A program made the translations under genes and the position numbers. Shown here one piece after another: positions 10,356 through 19,725 of a stretch of 64,000 nucleotides of DNA. Source of the DNA: an uncultured Chloroflexia bacterium (GTDB lineage: Bacteria; Chloroflexota; Limnocylindria; Limnocylindrales; CSP1-4); NCBI GenBank assembly GCA_963748625.1, contig CAVVJT010000010.1, positions 352,001-416,000 on the forward strand, in the 5' to 3' direction. Below the pieces are notes generated by a model that did no database searches, was not told the origin of the DNA, and saw only the letters and a program-made list of their open reading frames with translations. The number at the start of each line of letters is the position of its first letter. Within the stretch, counting starts at the first letter, position 1.

Positions 10356-11642
10356 TCAGGCCCCTCCACCGGTGGACCGGAGGCGGTCGAGCACGAGCGT
10401 CCGCGCCTCGTCCAGGATATCGGCCAGGTCCGGCACCACCAGCGCATCCACCCCCACCGCACGGGCCACCTTCGGGTCGCGATACAAGTCCGCAGCGAGC
10501 GCGTCGAGATCCAGGGCCTCATGCCCGTCGACCACCTCACCGTGCGTCGTGCGGACCAGCGCGTCCAACTCGGCCACGAAGTCCCGACCCCGGGCATATG
10601 CGGCGTCGGCGGCACTCCGGGTCTCGTCGACCACGGACTCGATCCAGGCAAACTCCACCTCAGCAGGCGGGAACGGCTCGCGCACCGCCCGCACGAAGTC
10701 GGCGAACACATCGGGCCGGATGAGCTCGTCGTGGAGCGAGGTGAACCCCGTGAGGCGGAGGCGGACGACGATCGAGCGCCCGGCGGTGGTCCGGGCCTCG
10801 CGGACCGCAGCGATAGCGGCGTTGCGCAGCGCGAGCATGTCGCCAAGCGGGGCGACCGGGACCTCGAGCAGCACCCACCGGACGGTGTCCGTGTCGATCC
10901 ACTCCACGGCCGGCGTGCCCGTGGCATCGACCGTCACCAGGGCAACACCCTTCGCGGACGCCTCGCCCGGGTCGCGTCCCTGGGGATTGCCCGGGTACAC
11001 GATCATCGGCTTGGCGGCTCGCACGATCCGGCGCTGGTGGATGTGACCGAGGGCCCAGTAGTCCATCCCGGAGGCGACGAGCTCCTCCTCGGTCGTGGGC
11101 GCGTACCGCTCGTGGCGCTCGGTGAGACCGACGGTGCCGTGAACGAGGCCGACCGCAAACGGTGCGTCGGCATCGCGTCGCATGCCTGCGACGAGATCGC
11201 GCGTCTCGACCTTCTGGGCGTAGCTCACGCCGTAGACGCGGGCGATCTCCGTGCCATCCTTGACGATTGAGGCTGGTGCGACGGCCGCGCCGAACCTGTG
11301 GGTGGTCGAAGGCCACGGCACCGTCGGCTGCCAGCCGCTCAGCGGGTCATGGTTGCCGTGGACGACCGCGGCGGGGATCCCATTGGCCTCGAGCTTCGCG
11401 AGCCCATCGGCAAAGGCGAACTGGCCGCGGAGCGTTCCCGTCTCGGACTCGAAGACGTCACCCGCCACGACGACGAAGTCCACCTTGCGCTCGATGGCAA
11501 GGTCCACGATCCGATCCCAGGCCTTGAGCGTCGCCGCACGCAGCCGACCTGACACCGCATCGGGCGCGGCCCCGGTGAGGCCCGTGAAGGGCGTGTCGAG
11601 GTGGAGGTCGCCGGTGTGCAGGAAGGAGAAGGGTCGGGCCAT
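10356..11642 (-). CDS. yhaO: YhaO-family Mre11/SbcD-like metallophosphoesterase nuclease
   Basis: HTGDLHLD, AGDVFE, GNHD, DYWALGHIH, YPGNPQGRDPGE. Confidence 0.92.
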   Translation of the reverse strand: MARPFSFLHTGDLHLDTPFTGLTGAAPDAVSGRLRAATLKAWDRIVDLAIERKVDFVVVAGDVFESETGTLRGQFAFADGLAKLEANGIPAAVVHGNHDPLSGWQPTVPWPSTTHRFGAAVAPASIVKDGTEIARVYGVSYAQKVETRDLVAGMRRDADAPFAVGLVHGTVGLTERHERYAPTTEEELVASGMDYWALGHIHQRRIVRAAKPMIVYPGNPQGRDPGEASAKGVALVTVDATGTPAVEWIDTDTVRWVLLEVPVAPLGDMLALRNAAIAAVREARTTAGRSIVVRLRLTGFTSLHDELIRPDVFADFVRAVREPFPPAEVEFAWIESVVDETRSAADAAYARGRDFVAELDALVRTTHGEVVDGHEALDLDALAADLYRDPKVARAVGVDALVVPDLADILDEARTLVLDRLRSTGGGA

Positions 11643-11772
11643 CGGGCTCGATGGTGCCCTACCGGACCGGGTGCGTGCAGGGCGGTTCGGCCCGGACGTG
11701 GTTCTTCGGCCCGGACGTGGCTCCGCGCAGCGCGGCCCGCGCCTCCGCGCTCACGCCCCTTCCTGCAGCCTG

Positions 11773-11881
11773 CCCCACGTGGGGGCCGAATCCTGACCTC
11801 CCACGCACGAACCGGGGGCACAACCCGGGGTTTCGCGCGCAGCGCACGCTCGACAGGGCTCGAAACGGCCCCGTGGTGGGG
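11773..11881. repeat. 109-bp MITE/REPIN-like element, divergent copy
   Basis: Imperfect terminal inverted repeats ccccacNNNggggccg; same 109-bp length as the copies at 18621, 19547 and 25291. Confidence 0.45.
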
Positions 11882-11955
11882 CGTTCCGCAGCAGACAGGC
11901 CGCGTCGCATCGAACGGGGCACTCCCGGCGGCGGTCGAGGCGCTACGATGCCGCC

Positions 11956-12486
11956 ATGATCGACCTCGTGCTCACGTTCATCGGCACCGACCACCCCGGC
12001 ATCGTGGACTCCATCTCCGAAGTTGTCGCCGAGCACGGCGGCAACTGGACCGAGAGCCGCATGGCGCACCTCGCCGGCAAGTTCGCCGGCATCCTGTGCG
12101 TGGAGGTCGAGGAGGACCAGGCGGAAGCGCTCGAGGCCGCCCTGAGCCGGCTTGATGCGAGCGGCCTGCGGATCGTCGTGGAGCGCAGCGCGCCGCAGGA
12201 GCCGGACCGGCATCACGCGATGGAGATCGAGCTGCTCGGCCTCGACCGCCCCGGCCTCGTGCACGAGATCAGCGCGCTTCTCGCGACGCACAGGATCAAC
12301 GTGGAGGAGCTGGACACTGACCGGCCCCTGGCCGCGCACTCGGGCGACCCCATGTTCCACGCGCACGTGCGAGTGTTCATCCCCGACAACGTGGATGTCA
12401 CAGCCGTCCGCCACGGCCTCGAGCGCCTCGCCGGCGACCTGATGGTGGAGATCCGCCTGGTGGAGGCCCTGGGCACCGCCCGCTGA
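11956..12486 (+). CDS. gcvR: Glycine cleavage system regulator GcvR-like protein (two ACT domains)
   Basis: LVLTFIGTDHPGIV, NWTESRMAHLAGKFAGI, LLGLDRPGLVHEIS, INVEEL. Confidence 0.88.
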   Translation: MIDLVLTFIGTDHPGIVDSISEVVAEHGGNWTESRMAHLAGKFAGILCVEVEEDQAEALEAALSRLDASGLRIVVERSAPQEPDRHHAMEIELLGLDRPGLVHEISALLATHRINVEELDTDRPLAAHSGDPMFHAHVRVFIPDNVDVTAVRHGLERLAGDLMVEIRLVEALGTAR

Positions 12487-12561
12487 CGCTCGGCGGCCTG
12501 TCCACCCACGTGGTGCCCAGCGCCCCGGACCCCGACTCGGGCGTTCCGTCGGGTAGTGGCG

Positions 12562-13872
12562 TCACGGTGTCCGCGGCGCCCAAGCCGGCTGCATGACCGG
12601 CCCGGCCCACGGAAAGGTCGTGTAGGCAGACGTGTCCGATCGGACCAGACCGACCCAGGCCGCGTCGCCGGCACCGTTGGTGAAGGCCACCCACATGCCG
12701 TCGGGTGAGATCGCGAGCGGATCGCTTGCGGTTCCCCCGGGGATCTCGAGGCCGTCGGTCACCTGGGACGCGCGGCCCACCCGTTGGCCGAACACCCAGA
12801 GGTCGCCATCGCGCACGAACATCCTGTTCTCGTTGGCAGCCCAGGCCGGTGCGGCCAGGTTTGCGTCGGCTGGCGCCTCGACCAGCGTGTCGATGTCGCC
12901 ATTGTGCGGGTAGATCTCGCGGATGTAGGCACCCGCCTCGTCGACGGCCACGTAGGTGATGCGGTCGCCAACCGAGGACCAGACGGGGTCGTAGCCGGGC
13001 GCCAGTACCTGGAACCCCTGGCCGTCCACCCCGACGATCGCGATCTCGACCGTGGCCGATTCCGGCTGGCCGGCCAGCCAGGCCCCGTCGGGCGACCAGC
13101 TCTCGAACGCACCAGCGTGCAGCAGGCGCGCGTTGGAGCCGTCCGCCTCCATGACCCACGTCTCCCCGACGTCGATCATCCCGCGGTGGAACACGACCAG
13201 TCGCCCATCGGGGGCTGGAACGGGATGGTCCGCGTCGGCAACGAGGAGCTCGGGCTCGGCGGCCGGCCGCGCGTCGATCGCGCAGACGCCGGTCGGCATC
13301 TGACCCTCCACTTCGGCCACCGGGCACGTGTAGACAAGCCGGTCCGCGGACAACCACGCCGGCGCCCAGCCCTCGGCCAGGCGCGTGGTGGCCCCGTCCA
13401 TCGACCCGACCTCGATCCACCGCTTGCCGTTCTCGATGCGGGTGACCGCCAGTGTTCCAGTCGGTGCACCGGGCAGCGGGCTGGCCGCCGGCGGCGACGG
13501 CGCAACGCTCGGGACCGGCGGCAGCACCGAGAGGTCGTCATCGTCGGCGAGGAGCCGGAGCAGCCCCGCACCCACGGCGAAGGAGCCCAGGAGCAGGAGT
13601 GCCAGCAGCGCCGCCACGAAGAGGAGCCGGCCGGTGACGCGCACCATCGCCGGATGCAGCGCCCCGGCCATGATCTCCGCAGCACGACGCTCGGGGAGCA
13701 GGATGGGCGGCAGGTTCGTCAGGACCACGGCGTCCTGGCGGAGCATCGACACCGTGCGGGCACAGCTTGCGCAGTCGGCAAGATGCTGGTCGAGCAGGCG
13801 ACGCTCGGCGGCGGACAGCGGGAAGTCGATGGCGATGGCGGCGAGCTGCAGGAAGGTGTCGTGCGGCTTCAT
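12562..13872 (-). CDS. Anti-sigma factor: zf-HC2 (ZAS) domain, TM helix and TolB-like (PD40) beta-propeller
   Basis: HLADCASC motif, TM segment, WSPDG/ISPDG repeats; ATGA overlap with the sigma gene. Confidence 0.82.
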   Translation of the reverse strand: MKPHDTFLQLAAIAIDFPLSAAERRLLDQHLADCASCARTVSMLRQDAVVLTNLPPILLPERRAAEIMAGALHPAMVRVTGRLLFVAALLALLLLGSFAVGAGLLRLLADDDDLSVLPPVPSVAPSPPAASPLPGAPTGTLAVTRIENGKRWIEVGSMDGATTRLAEGWAPAWLSADRLVYTCPVAEVEGQMPTGVCAIDARPAAEPELLVADADHPVPAPDGRLVVFHRGMIDVGETWVMEADGSNARLLHAGAFESWSPDGAWLAGQPESATVEIAIVGVDGQGFQVLAPGYDPVWSSVGDRITYVAVDEAGAYIREIYPHNGDIDTLVEAPADANLAAPAWAANENRMFVRDGDLWVFGQRVGRASQVTDGLEIPGGTASDPLAISPDGMWVAFTNGAGDAAWVGLVRSDTSAYTTFPWAGPVMQPAWAPRTP

Positions 13873-14441
13873 CGGGCGGCCTCCGGGGACTCGAGGCGTC
13901 CGCGGACCCGAAGGCGGGTCCGGCAGAGCAGGGTGCGGGTTGCGGCCTGGCTGCGGCCGATCGCTGCCGCGATGTCAGCGCCGCTGAAGCCCTCACTGGC
14001 CATCAGCAGCGCGGCCCGGGCGGCGGGGTCGAGGTCCGCCAAGACCCGCATCAGGTCCGCGCGGCCCTCGCGGTGGAGATAGCCCTGCTCGGGCAGGTTC
14101 TCAGACGGCAGCAGGCTGGGCGGCCTGCCGAGGCGCGCGATGCCCCGTGCGGCCGCGGTGAGGCGGCGACCCCGGCTGGTCGCGAGGTTGGCGCTCACGC
14201 GGTAGAGCCAGGCACGCACGTTGTCCGGCATGCGCTCCGCGCGCGCCTCGCGGGTGAGGCGCAGGAAGGCCTCCTGGAGCAGGTCCTCGGCCACCTCGGG
14301 GTCGCGCGTCGTGCGCACGAGGAAGGCGAAGATCTCGCCGTGGTGGTCGGCCCATGCACGCAGGACCAACGCGTCGGCCCGCGCCACCTGGTGCAGGCCG
14401 GCGGTCTCGACCGCCTCAACGGGAGACAGGTCTGGTTGCAT
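13869..14441 (-). CDS. ECF RNA polymerase sigma factor
   Basis: DPEVAEDLLQEAFLRL, RAWLYRVSANL, region 4 EGFSGADIAAAIGRSQAATRTLLCRTR. Confidence 0.92.
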   Translation of the reverse strand: MQPDLSPVEAVETAGLHQVARADALVLRAWADHHGEIFAFLVRTTRDPEVAEDLLQEAFLRLTREARAERMPDNVRAWLYRVSANLATSRGRRLTAAARGIARLGRPPSLLPSENLPEQGYLHREGRADLMRVLADLDPAARAALLMASEGFSGADIAAAIGRSQAATRTLLCRTRLRVRGRLESPEAAR

Positions 14442-14589
14442 GCCGATGTGACGCTAAGCGTCCCCCGGTGTTTCGGACAGAGGCGATGGACCCGATCGCG
14501 GGTCGTCAAGCGCGGGGCGTGCCGGGGCGACCCCCCCGGGTCCTCCGGCACTGGCGGCGCCCGCTGCCTGCGCCGACCATGCGTCAACC

Positions 14590-15858
14590 ATGTTCGACGC
14601 TCACGACCTTCGCGACCGACGCGACGAGCGGATCGCCCTGCTCGCCGAGGCGCTCGCAGACGGCGAGGCCCCCGGGACACCCGTCCGCGTCGAGTTCCAG
14701 GGCCTGGATCCCGCGTGCGGCGTGAACCAGGCGGACATCTTCGTGCACGACCTCCCGGCCGGATGCCTGCGTCTGGACGTCGTCGTGATCTCGGGGCCCA
14801 TCACCAGCGGCTCCCCCGACAGCATCGCCGCCACCGACAAGAGCTGGCCGGTGGCCGCAGGGGAGCAGCGCACGGCGCAGCTCCGCGCCCTGGGCTGGGT
14901 CGTGGACCCGACGGCGCTCCGCATGTGGGAAGTGGACCCGGCCGACCCGGAGTCCCTGGGCCAGGTGGTGGACGGCATTACCGAGGTCATCGACACCAGC
15001 GCCCGCATCGCCGCCGTGCCGGGTGCCGCGCACACCACGTGGACGTTCCGACGCTCGCCCGCCCAGCCACCCACCGCCGGCACCGTCCCCCGCGACGAGC
15101 CCTGGCAGGAGGACGCGTCGGAGCTGGATCTGCGCACCCGGATCATCAGCCTCGCGAGCCTCCGAGGCGGCCGGATCGTTGTTCGCTCGCCACTGATCGC
15201 CCTCGCGCAGCTGGAGCTGACGGCCTCGCGGCTCGGCGACCGGATCACCGTCCGCGCCAGCGACGACCTCTCGTCCTGGCGCGGCCGCTGGACCATCGAG
15301 GCTGGGGACGCCTACGTGGGCGGCATCCTGGAGGAGCTGCGCGGGGTCCTCGCCAGCCACGAGCCGGGTGCGCCCGGACCAACGCCCCTCAGCTTGCGGA
15401 TCGAGCGCCACGACGAGGCCGCTAACTGGGACGGAGACTCCGGCTACGTGCTCGGGTTCGGTGTGGTCGCTTCCCTCGTCATTGGGGCGGTCGCCGCTGC
15501 CGCCCTGGGACACCCGGCGGTGACCATGTGGCTCGACGAGGCAACGCGGCTCGCGTCAGACCAGGGAGGCGCGATCGTCCTGCTGGCGGCGGTAGGGATG
15601 ACGACCATGATCCCGGTCATGCTGGGGTGGTCCGTCGCGGAGGCCCTGTGCAGCAGGCTCCGCATCGGCTACGCGATCAGCGCGTGGGTGGACTTCGCGG
15701 CGGGGACGGTGACCGGAGTGGCGTACATCGCTCTCCTGGCCACCACGGGCGACCAGACCGCGCTCGTCGTGGCCGTGACGTGGGCCCTGGGCATCGCGGT
15801 GATGGCCGGCCCGGGCCTGCTCAGGCGACTCCGCGGCGGGGCGACGGGGCCTCGCTAA
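14590..15858 (+). CDS. Hypothetical protein with soluble N-terminus and about 4 C-terminal TM helices
   Basis: 422-aa ORF with hydrophobic C-terminus. Confidence 0.6.
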   Translation: MFDAHDLRDRRDERIALLAEALADGEAPGTPVRVEFQGLDPACGVNQADIFVHDLPAGCLRLDVVVISGPITSGSPDSIAATDKSWPVAAGEQRTAQLRALGWVVDPTALRMWEVDPADPESLGQVVDGITEVIDTSARIAAVPGAAHTTWTFRRSPAQPPTAGTVPRDEPWQEDASELDLRTRIISLASLRGGRIVVRSPLIALAQLELTASRLGDRITVRASDDLSSWRGRWTIEAGDAYVGGILEELRGVLASHEPGAPGPTPLSLRIERHDEAANWDGDSGYVLGFGVVASLVIGAVAAAALGHPAVTMWLDEATRLASDQGGAIVLLAAVGMTTMIPVMLGWSVAEALCSRLRIGYAISAWVDFAAGTVTGVAYIALLATTGDQTALVVAVTWALGIAVMAGPGLLRRLRGGATGPR

Positions 15859-15950
15859 GGCCTTGGAGGAGCGCACCGCCCACCGCTGAGGCAGGCGCCT
15901 CCAGGGGGCAGCAGCATCCCAGCAACCCAGCATCCTGTACCATCGGCCCC

Positions 15951-16205
15951 ATGAAGGTCACCTTCGACATCGACGCCGACCTGTACCGGTCGCTGAAGGT
16001 CGAGGCCGCACGCGCTGATCGAAGCGTCCGAGACGTCGTCGCCGATGCCATCGCCGCATGGCTGGACGGCCAGGAGCAGGCAGAGGACCTCGCGTCGGCC
16101 GCGGATGCCCTCGCCGAGTACCAGCGCGATGGCGGCACGTCGGCTTCGGCCTACTTCGAGCACCTCGCGGCGGAGGCGCGCGCGGAGTACGGGTCCGCCG
16201 ACTGA
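15951..16205 (+). CDS. Ribbon-helix-helix antitoxin
   Basis: MKVTFDIDADLYRSLKVEAARADRSVRDVVADAI; TGATG overlap with the RelE gene. Confidence 0.82.
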   Translation: MKVTFDIDADLYRSLKVEAARADRSVRDVVADAIAAWLDGQEQAEDLASAADALAEYQRDGGTSASAYFEHLAAEARAEYGSAD

Positions 16206-16477
16206 TGCCGGCCGAGCCCTATCGGGTGGACCTGGCGCCGGCGGCGGCCCGACAGCTCCGGCGGCTCCCGCCGGGTGACGCCGCCCGCCTGCGCGGCCCG
16301 ATCCTTGCCCTCGGCCTGGAGCCGAGACCGCCGGGCTCGACACCGCTCGTCGGCAGTGACTGGTGGCGGCTGCGCATGGGCGACCTGCGCCTGATCTACG
16401 CGATCGACGACGCGGCACGGGTGGTGGTCATCCTGCGTGCCGCGCGCCGCAACGAGAGCACCTACCGCTCCCGCTGA
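16205..16477 (+). CDS. relE: RelE/ParE family toxin
   Basis: YRVDLAPAAARQLRRL...PRPPG...WRLRMGDLRLIYAIDD...VVILR. Confidence 0.88.
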   Translation: MPAEPYRVDLAPAAARQLRRLPPGDAARLRGPILALGLEPRPPGSTPLVGSDWWRLRMGDLRLIYAIDDAARVVVILRAARRNESTYRSR

Positions 16478-16513
16478 TCGCTCCGGCGGTCACTCAGGGG
16501 ATCGCTCCGGTGA

Positions 16514-18568
16514 TCACTCCCCGCGGGCCGTCGCCACCGCGAACGCGAACGGCAGGACCGCGCCCGACCCCGCCTCGCGCAGCATCGAGCCCGCCACCGT
16601 GAGCGTCCAGCGCGAGTCCACCAGGTCGTCGACGAGCAGCACCGGGCCGCCGCGCCTGACGCCCTCCTCCACCACCGACAGCTTCGCGCGGGCATTGGCC
16701 GCCTGCTGGGCGCTGTTGGCCATCGCCGCCTGGGCCGGGTGACCGCCCGACGCCACCACGCACGGGATCATCGGCAGCCCCAGCACCGAAGCCAGCCGGC
16801 GCGCGGCGTCCTCCACCATTCCAGGGCGCGAGACCGACGGCACGCACGTCACCCACTCGGGCGCGGGTTCCGGGCGCCAGCGGCCGTGGATCACCTCGAC
16901 GGCTGCGCGGATGATGTGATCGGGCAGCGGGTCGCCGGCCTCGAGTGACGACGCCACGTCCCTCCCCCACCCCGGGTCGCCCAGGATGCACAGTGCCCGG
17001 CCCTCGGCGGCCGGCTTCGGGATGCGTGCGCCTTCCGGCCACTGCTTGCGCGGCTCGATCGCCCGGACGTCGCGCCGCAGGTACGCGACCGCATCCTGGA
17101 CGAGTGCCGGCGAGACGGAGCGTGGCCAGCGCACCCCGCCGTCGTTCGCGCAGTGCCCGCAGTCGGCCGCGGTCGGGTCGTTGAGCAGCTCGCCCAGGAA
17201 CCGCATCCGGCACGTATCGGTCTCCACGTACGCCCGCATCGACGCGAGCTCCCGCCGTCGCGCCTCGATCACGCCCGCCACCCAGGCCTCGTCCTGCTCC
17301 CAGGCGATCGGCGTCCGGACATACCGCGACCCCTCGCGCGCCACCGCCCCATCGACCTCGAGCAGCTTGAGCGCCTTCTCGATCTGGCCGTACGGGAGGT
17401 TGACCGCCGCCTGGAGCGACTTGATGGTGGACGCCCCCTGGATCTCCAGCGCCGCGAGGATGTCCGCCATCCGCGCCGACGGCGGGAACGCGGTGGCCAG
17501 GAAGTACTCCGCGATCGCGTCATCCTCGCGCCCGGACAGCAGGATCCCGAACGCGTTCTCCACCGCGCGTCCCGCCCGGCCCACCTGCTGGTAGTAGGCG
17601 ATGGGCGAACCCGGCCGCTGGTAGTGGACCACGAAGCCGAGGTCGGGCTTGTCGAACCCCATCCCCAGCGCGACCGTGGCCACCAGCGCCTTGCACCGGT
17701 TGGCGAGCAGGTCCTGCTCCAGCGCCTCGCGCTCCTCGGGGGCGATGTCCGCGTTGTACGGCCGCGCGTCGATCCCCTGCCCCACCAGCCAGCCCGACAC
17801 CCGCTGTGTGTCCGCCACCGTGAGGCAGTAGACGATCCCCGCGCCCGGCATCGTGGGCAGGTGCTCGGCCAGCCAGGCCAGCCGCTCGGCCTGGTCGCGC
17901 AGGGGGATCGCATCGAGGTGCAGCGTGTCCCGTGCGAGTGGCCCGCGGATCACCGACACGTGCTCGCCCAGCTGCGCCGCCACGTCCTCGACCACGCGGT
18001 CGTTGGCGGTGGCCGTCGTCCCCAGCACCGGCACGGCCGGCCCCAGCGTGGGCAGCAGCCGCCCGATGCGCCGGTAGTCCGGCACGAACTCGTGCCCCCA
18101 GTCGCTGATGCAGTGCGCCTCGTCCACCACGAACATGCCGATCGTGCGCTCCAGGCGCGGCAGCAGGCGCGTCGTGAAGTCCTGGTTCGCGAAGCGCTGG
18201 GCCGACACGAACAGCACGTCGATCCGGTTCGCGACCAGGTCGTCCTCGATGTCGTCCCAGGCGTCCCGGTTGGCGGAGTTGATCGTCACCGCCCGCAGGC
18301 CGAGGCGGTCCGCGGCCTCGATCTGGTTGCGCATCAGGCTGAGCAGCGGACTCACGATCAGCGAGGGCCCGTGGCCCTGGTCCCGGCGCACGCGCGTCGC
18401 GATCCAGTAGACGAGGCTCTTGCCCCAACCCGTGCGCTGCACCACGAGCGTGCGCGACCCGTCCTGGACGACCGCCTCGATCGCCTCGCGCTGACCCTCG
18501 CGGAAGGCGGCGCCCGGGCCGAACATGGTCTCGAGGTGGGCCTGGAGCGCATCGGGGGCAGTCGTCAT
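16514..18568 (-). CDS. rqlH: RecQ-like helicase with C-terminal phosphoribosyltransferase domain (RqlH-like), copy 1, no adjacent DprA partner
   Basis: QRTGWGKS, VDEAHCISDWGHEF, ALGMGFDKPD, YYQQVGRAGR, Zn-site CGHCAND, PRT loop VLLVDDLVDSRWTL. Confidence 0.88.
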   Translation of the reverse strand: MTTAPDALQAHLETMFGPGAAFREGQREAIEAVVQDGSRTLVVQRTGWGKSLVYWIATRVRRDQGHGPSLIVSPLLSLMRNQIEAADRLGLRAVTINSANRDAWDDIEDDLVANRIDVLFVSAQRFANQDFTTRLLPRLERTIGMFVVDEAHCISDWGHEFVPDYRRIGRLLPTLGPAVPVLGTTATANDRVVEDVAAQLGEHVSVIRGPLARDTLHLDAIPLRDQAERLAWLAEHLPTMPGAGIVYCLTVADTQRVSGWLVGQGIDARPYNADIAPEEREALEQDLLANRCKALVATVALGMGFDKPDLGFVVHYQRPGSPIAYYQQVGRAGRAVENAFGILLSGREDDAIAEYFLATAFPPSARMADILAALEIQGASTIKSLQAAVNLPYGQIEKALKLLEVDGAVAREGSRYVRTPIAWEQDEAWVAGVIEARRRELASMRAYVETDTCRMRFLGELLNDPTAADCGHCANDGGVRWPRSVSPALVQDAVAYLRRDVRAIEPRKQWPEGARIPKPAAEGRALCILGDPGWGRDVASSLEAGDPLPDHIIRAAVEVIHGRWRPEPAPEWVTCVPSVSRPGMVEDAARRLASVLGLPMIPCVVASGGHPAQAAMANSAQQAANARAKLSVVEEGVRRGGPVLLVDDLVDSRWTLTVAGSMLREAGSGAVLPFAFAVATARGE

Positions 18569-18620
18569 GCCGGGGAGTATCGCCCCTGCCGACCCCAGAC
18601 CCCTGTCGGCCCGACCGGCG

Positions 18621-18729
18621 CCCCAACATTGGGGCGCTTCGAGGATTCGCACGAGGAGCTGGACCGCCGAAACGACGGTTGGGGCAATGAGCTCTGCATG
18701 CTGACCACGGATTCGACCCATGGTTGGGG
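18621..18729 (+). repeat. 109-bp MITE/REPIN-like element, copy A
   Basis: Ends ccccaacattgggg and acccatggttgggg; ungapped similarity to 19547-19655. Confidence 0.8.
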
Positions 18730-18775
18730 GCACCCGGTATGAACGCTGCGCTGCGACCCCCCCGTGGCTCCCGGC

Positions 18776-19198
18776 TCAGATGCCGAGTACGGGCACCGTC
18801 CCCGCCGCCCCGGCCGCCACCAGCAGCGCCCGGATGTCCTCGACGTCGCCCGTCAGGATCGCGGAGCCAGGGACCGCAAGCGCTTCGAGCACGACGCATG
18901 CATCCGCATCGCTGCCCCGGCCGGCGGCCACGCGGAGCCCGACGGCCGTGTGCCCGAGAGGCGGCAGCAGAGGAAGCTCAATCTCGATCACGCTGAGCAC
19001 ATGCATGATCCGTGCGGTCGAACGCGCGCCGAACAAGGCCTCCATGGCACACAGCACCGGCACGACCGCCACCCGACCGCGATCCGTTGCCTCATCGAGG
19101 CGGGCACGAGCACTTGCGTCCGCACGCTCGAGGGCGATGAGGACGCCGGTATCGAGCACGATCCTCGGCGTCAGAAGACTCGGTCGATCTCGTCCCAC
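18776..19198 (-). CDS. vapC: PIN-domain (VapC) toxin
   Basis: IVLDTGVLIA, CAMEA, SDADACVV, ILTGDVEDI; start uncertain. Confidence 0.85.
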   Translation of the reverse strand: MGRDRPSLLTPRIVLDTGVLIALERADASARARLDEATDRGRVAVVPVLCAMEALFGARSTARIMHVLSVIEIELPLLPPLGHTAVGLRVAAGRGSDADACVVLEALAVPGSAILTGDVEDIRALLVAAGAAGTVPVLGI

Positions 19199-19404
19199 TG
19201 CCTTCGCGCCTCGGCTTGGACGTCGTCGGGAATGGGGCCGAACTCCTCGTCCATCTCGTCGAGCAACTGCTTGATCCGGATCCGCTGAAGGCGTTGGGCG
19301 ACAACGTCATTCACGAACGCCGAGAAGTTCCCTTCGCCGGCGACCTCCATGGCCTCCCGCGCAACGCGCTCCTCGAACGCGACGGACTTCTTCACCACCG
19401 CCAT
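19171..19404 (-). CDS. vapB: VapB-type antitoxin
   Basis: MAVVKKSVAFEE...NFSAFVNDVVAQRL...LLDEMDEEFGPIP, upstream of and overlapping the PIN gene. Confidence 0.8.
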   Translation of the reverse strand: MAVVKKSVAFEERVAREAMEVAGEGNFSAFVNDVVAQRLQRIRIKQLLDEMDEEFGPIPDDVQAEARRQWDEIDRVF

Positions 19405-19519
19405 GTGCTGTCGCCTCGCTCCATTCCTACCGCCGGTAGGAACACTAGGCGGCGAGCCTCCAACCGTCAACCCGATCTCCCGACTGCCATCACCAACGTG
19501 CCCGATCCTGGCCGAGGCC

Positions 19520-19537
19520 GCTTATGCGCCGCTTACG
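19520..19537 (-). promoter_or_regulatory. Recurrent 18-bp motif CGTAAGC-GGCG-CATAAGC upstream of vapB
   Basis: Same motif family at 21259, 27678, 29266, 31151, 34967, 35559 and 36493. Confidence 0.5.
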
Positions 19538-19546
19538 CCCTCGGAG

Positions 19547-19655
19547 CCCCACCCTTGGGGCGCATCGAGGATTCGCACGAGGAGCTGGACCGCCGAAACC
19601 GCCGTTGGGGCGATGAGCCCTGCACGCTGATCCCGGAAACGCCCCATAGTTGGGG
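19547..19655 (+). repeat. 109-bp MITE/REPIN-like element, copy B
   Basis: Ends ccccacccttgggg and ccccatagttgggg; direct repeat of copy A. Confidence 0.8.
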
Positions 19656-19725
19656 CGCGGCTGCAGCTGGGCGCGGCTGCCGCGACGCACAGAACTGCGT
19701 CCCCCGCCCCACCGAGGTGCCGGCC

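Noticed and set aside
11780-11840. c-di-AMP (ydaO) riboswitch suggested by gccgaatcc...gaaccggggg
   Set aside because: The downstream conserved elements are missing, and the segment lies inside a 109-bp repeat-like element
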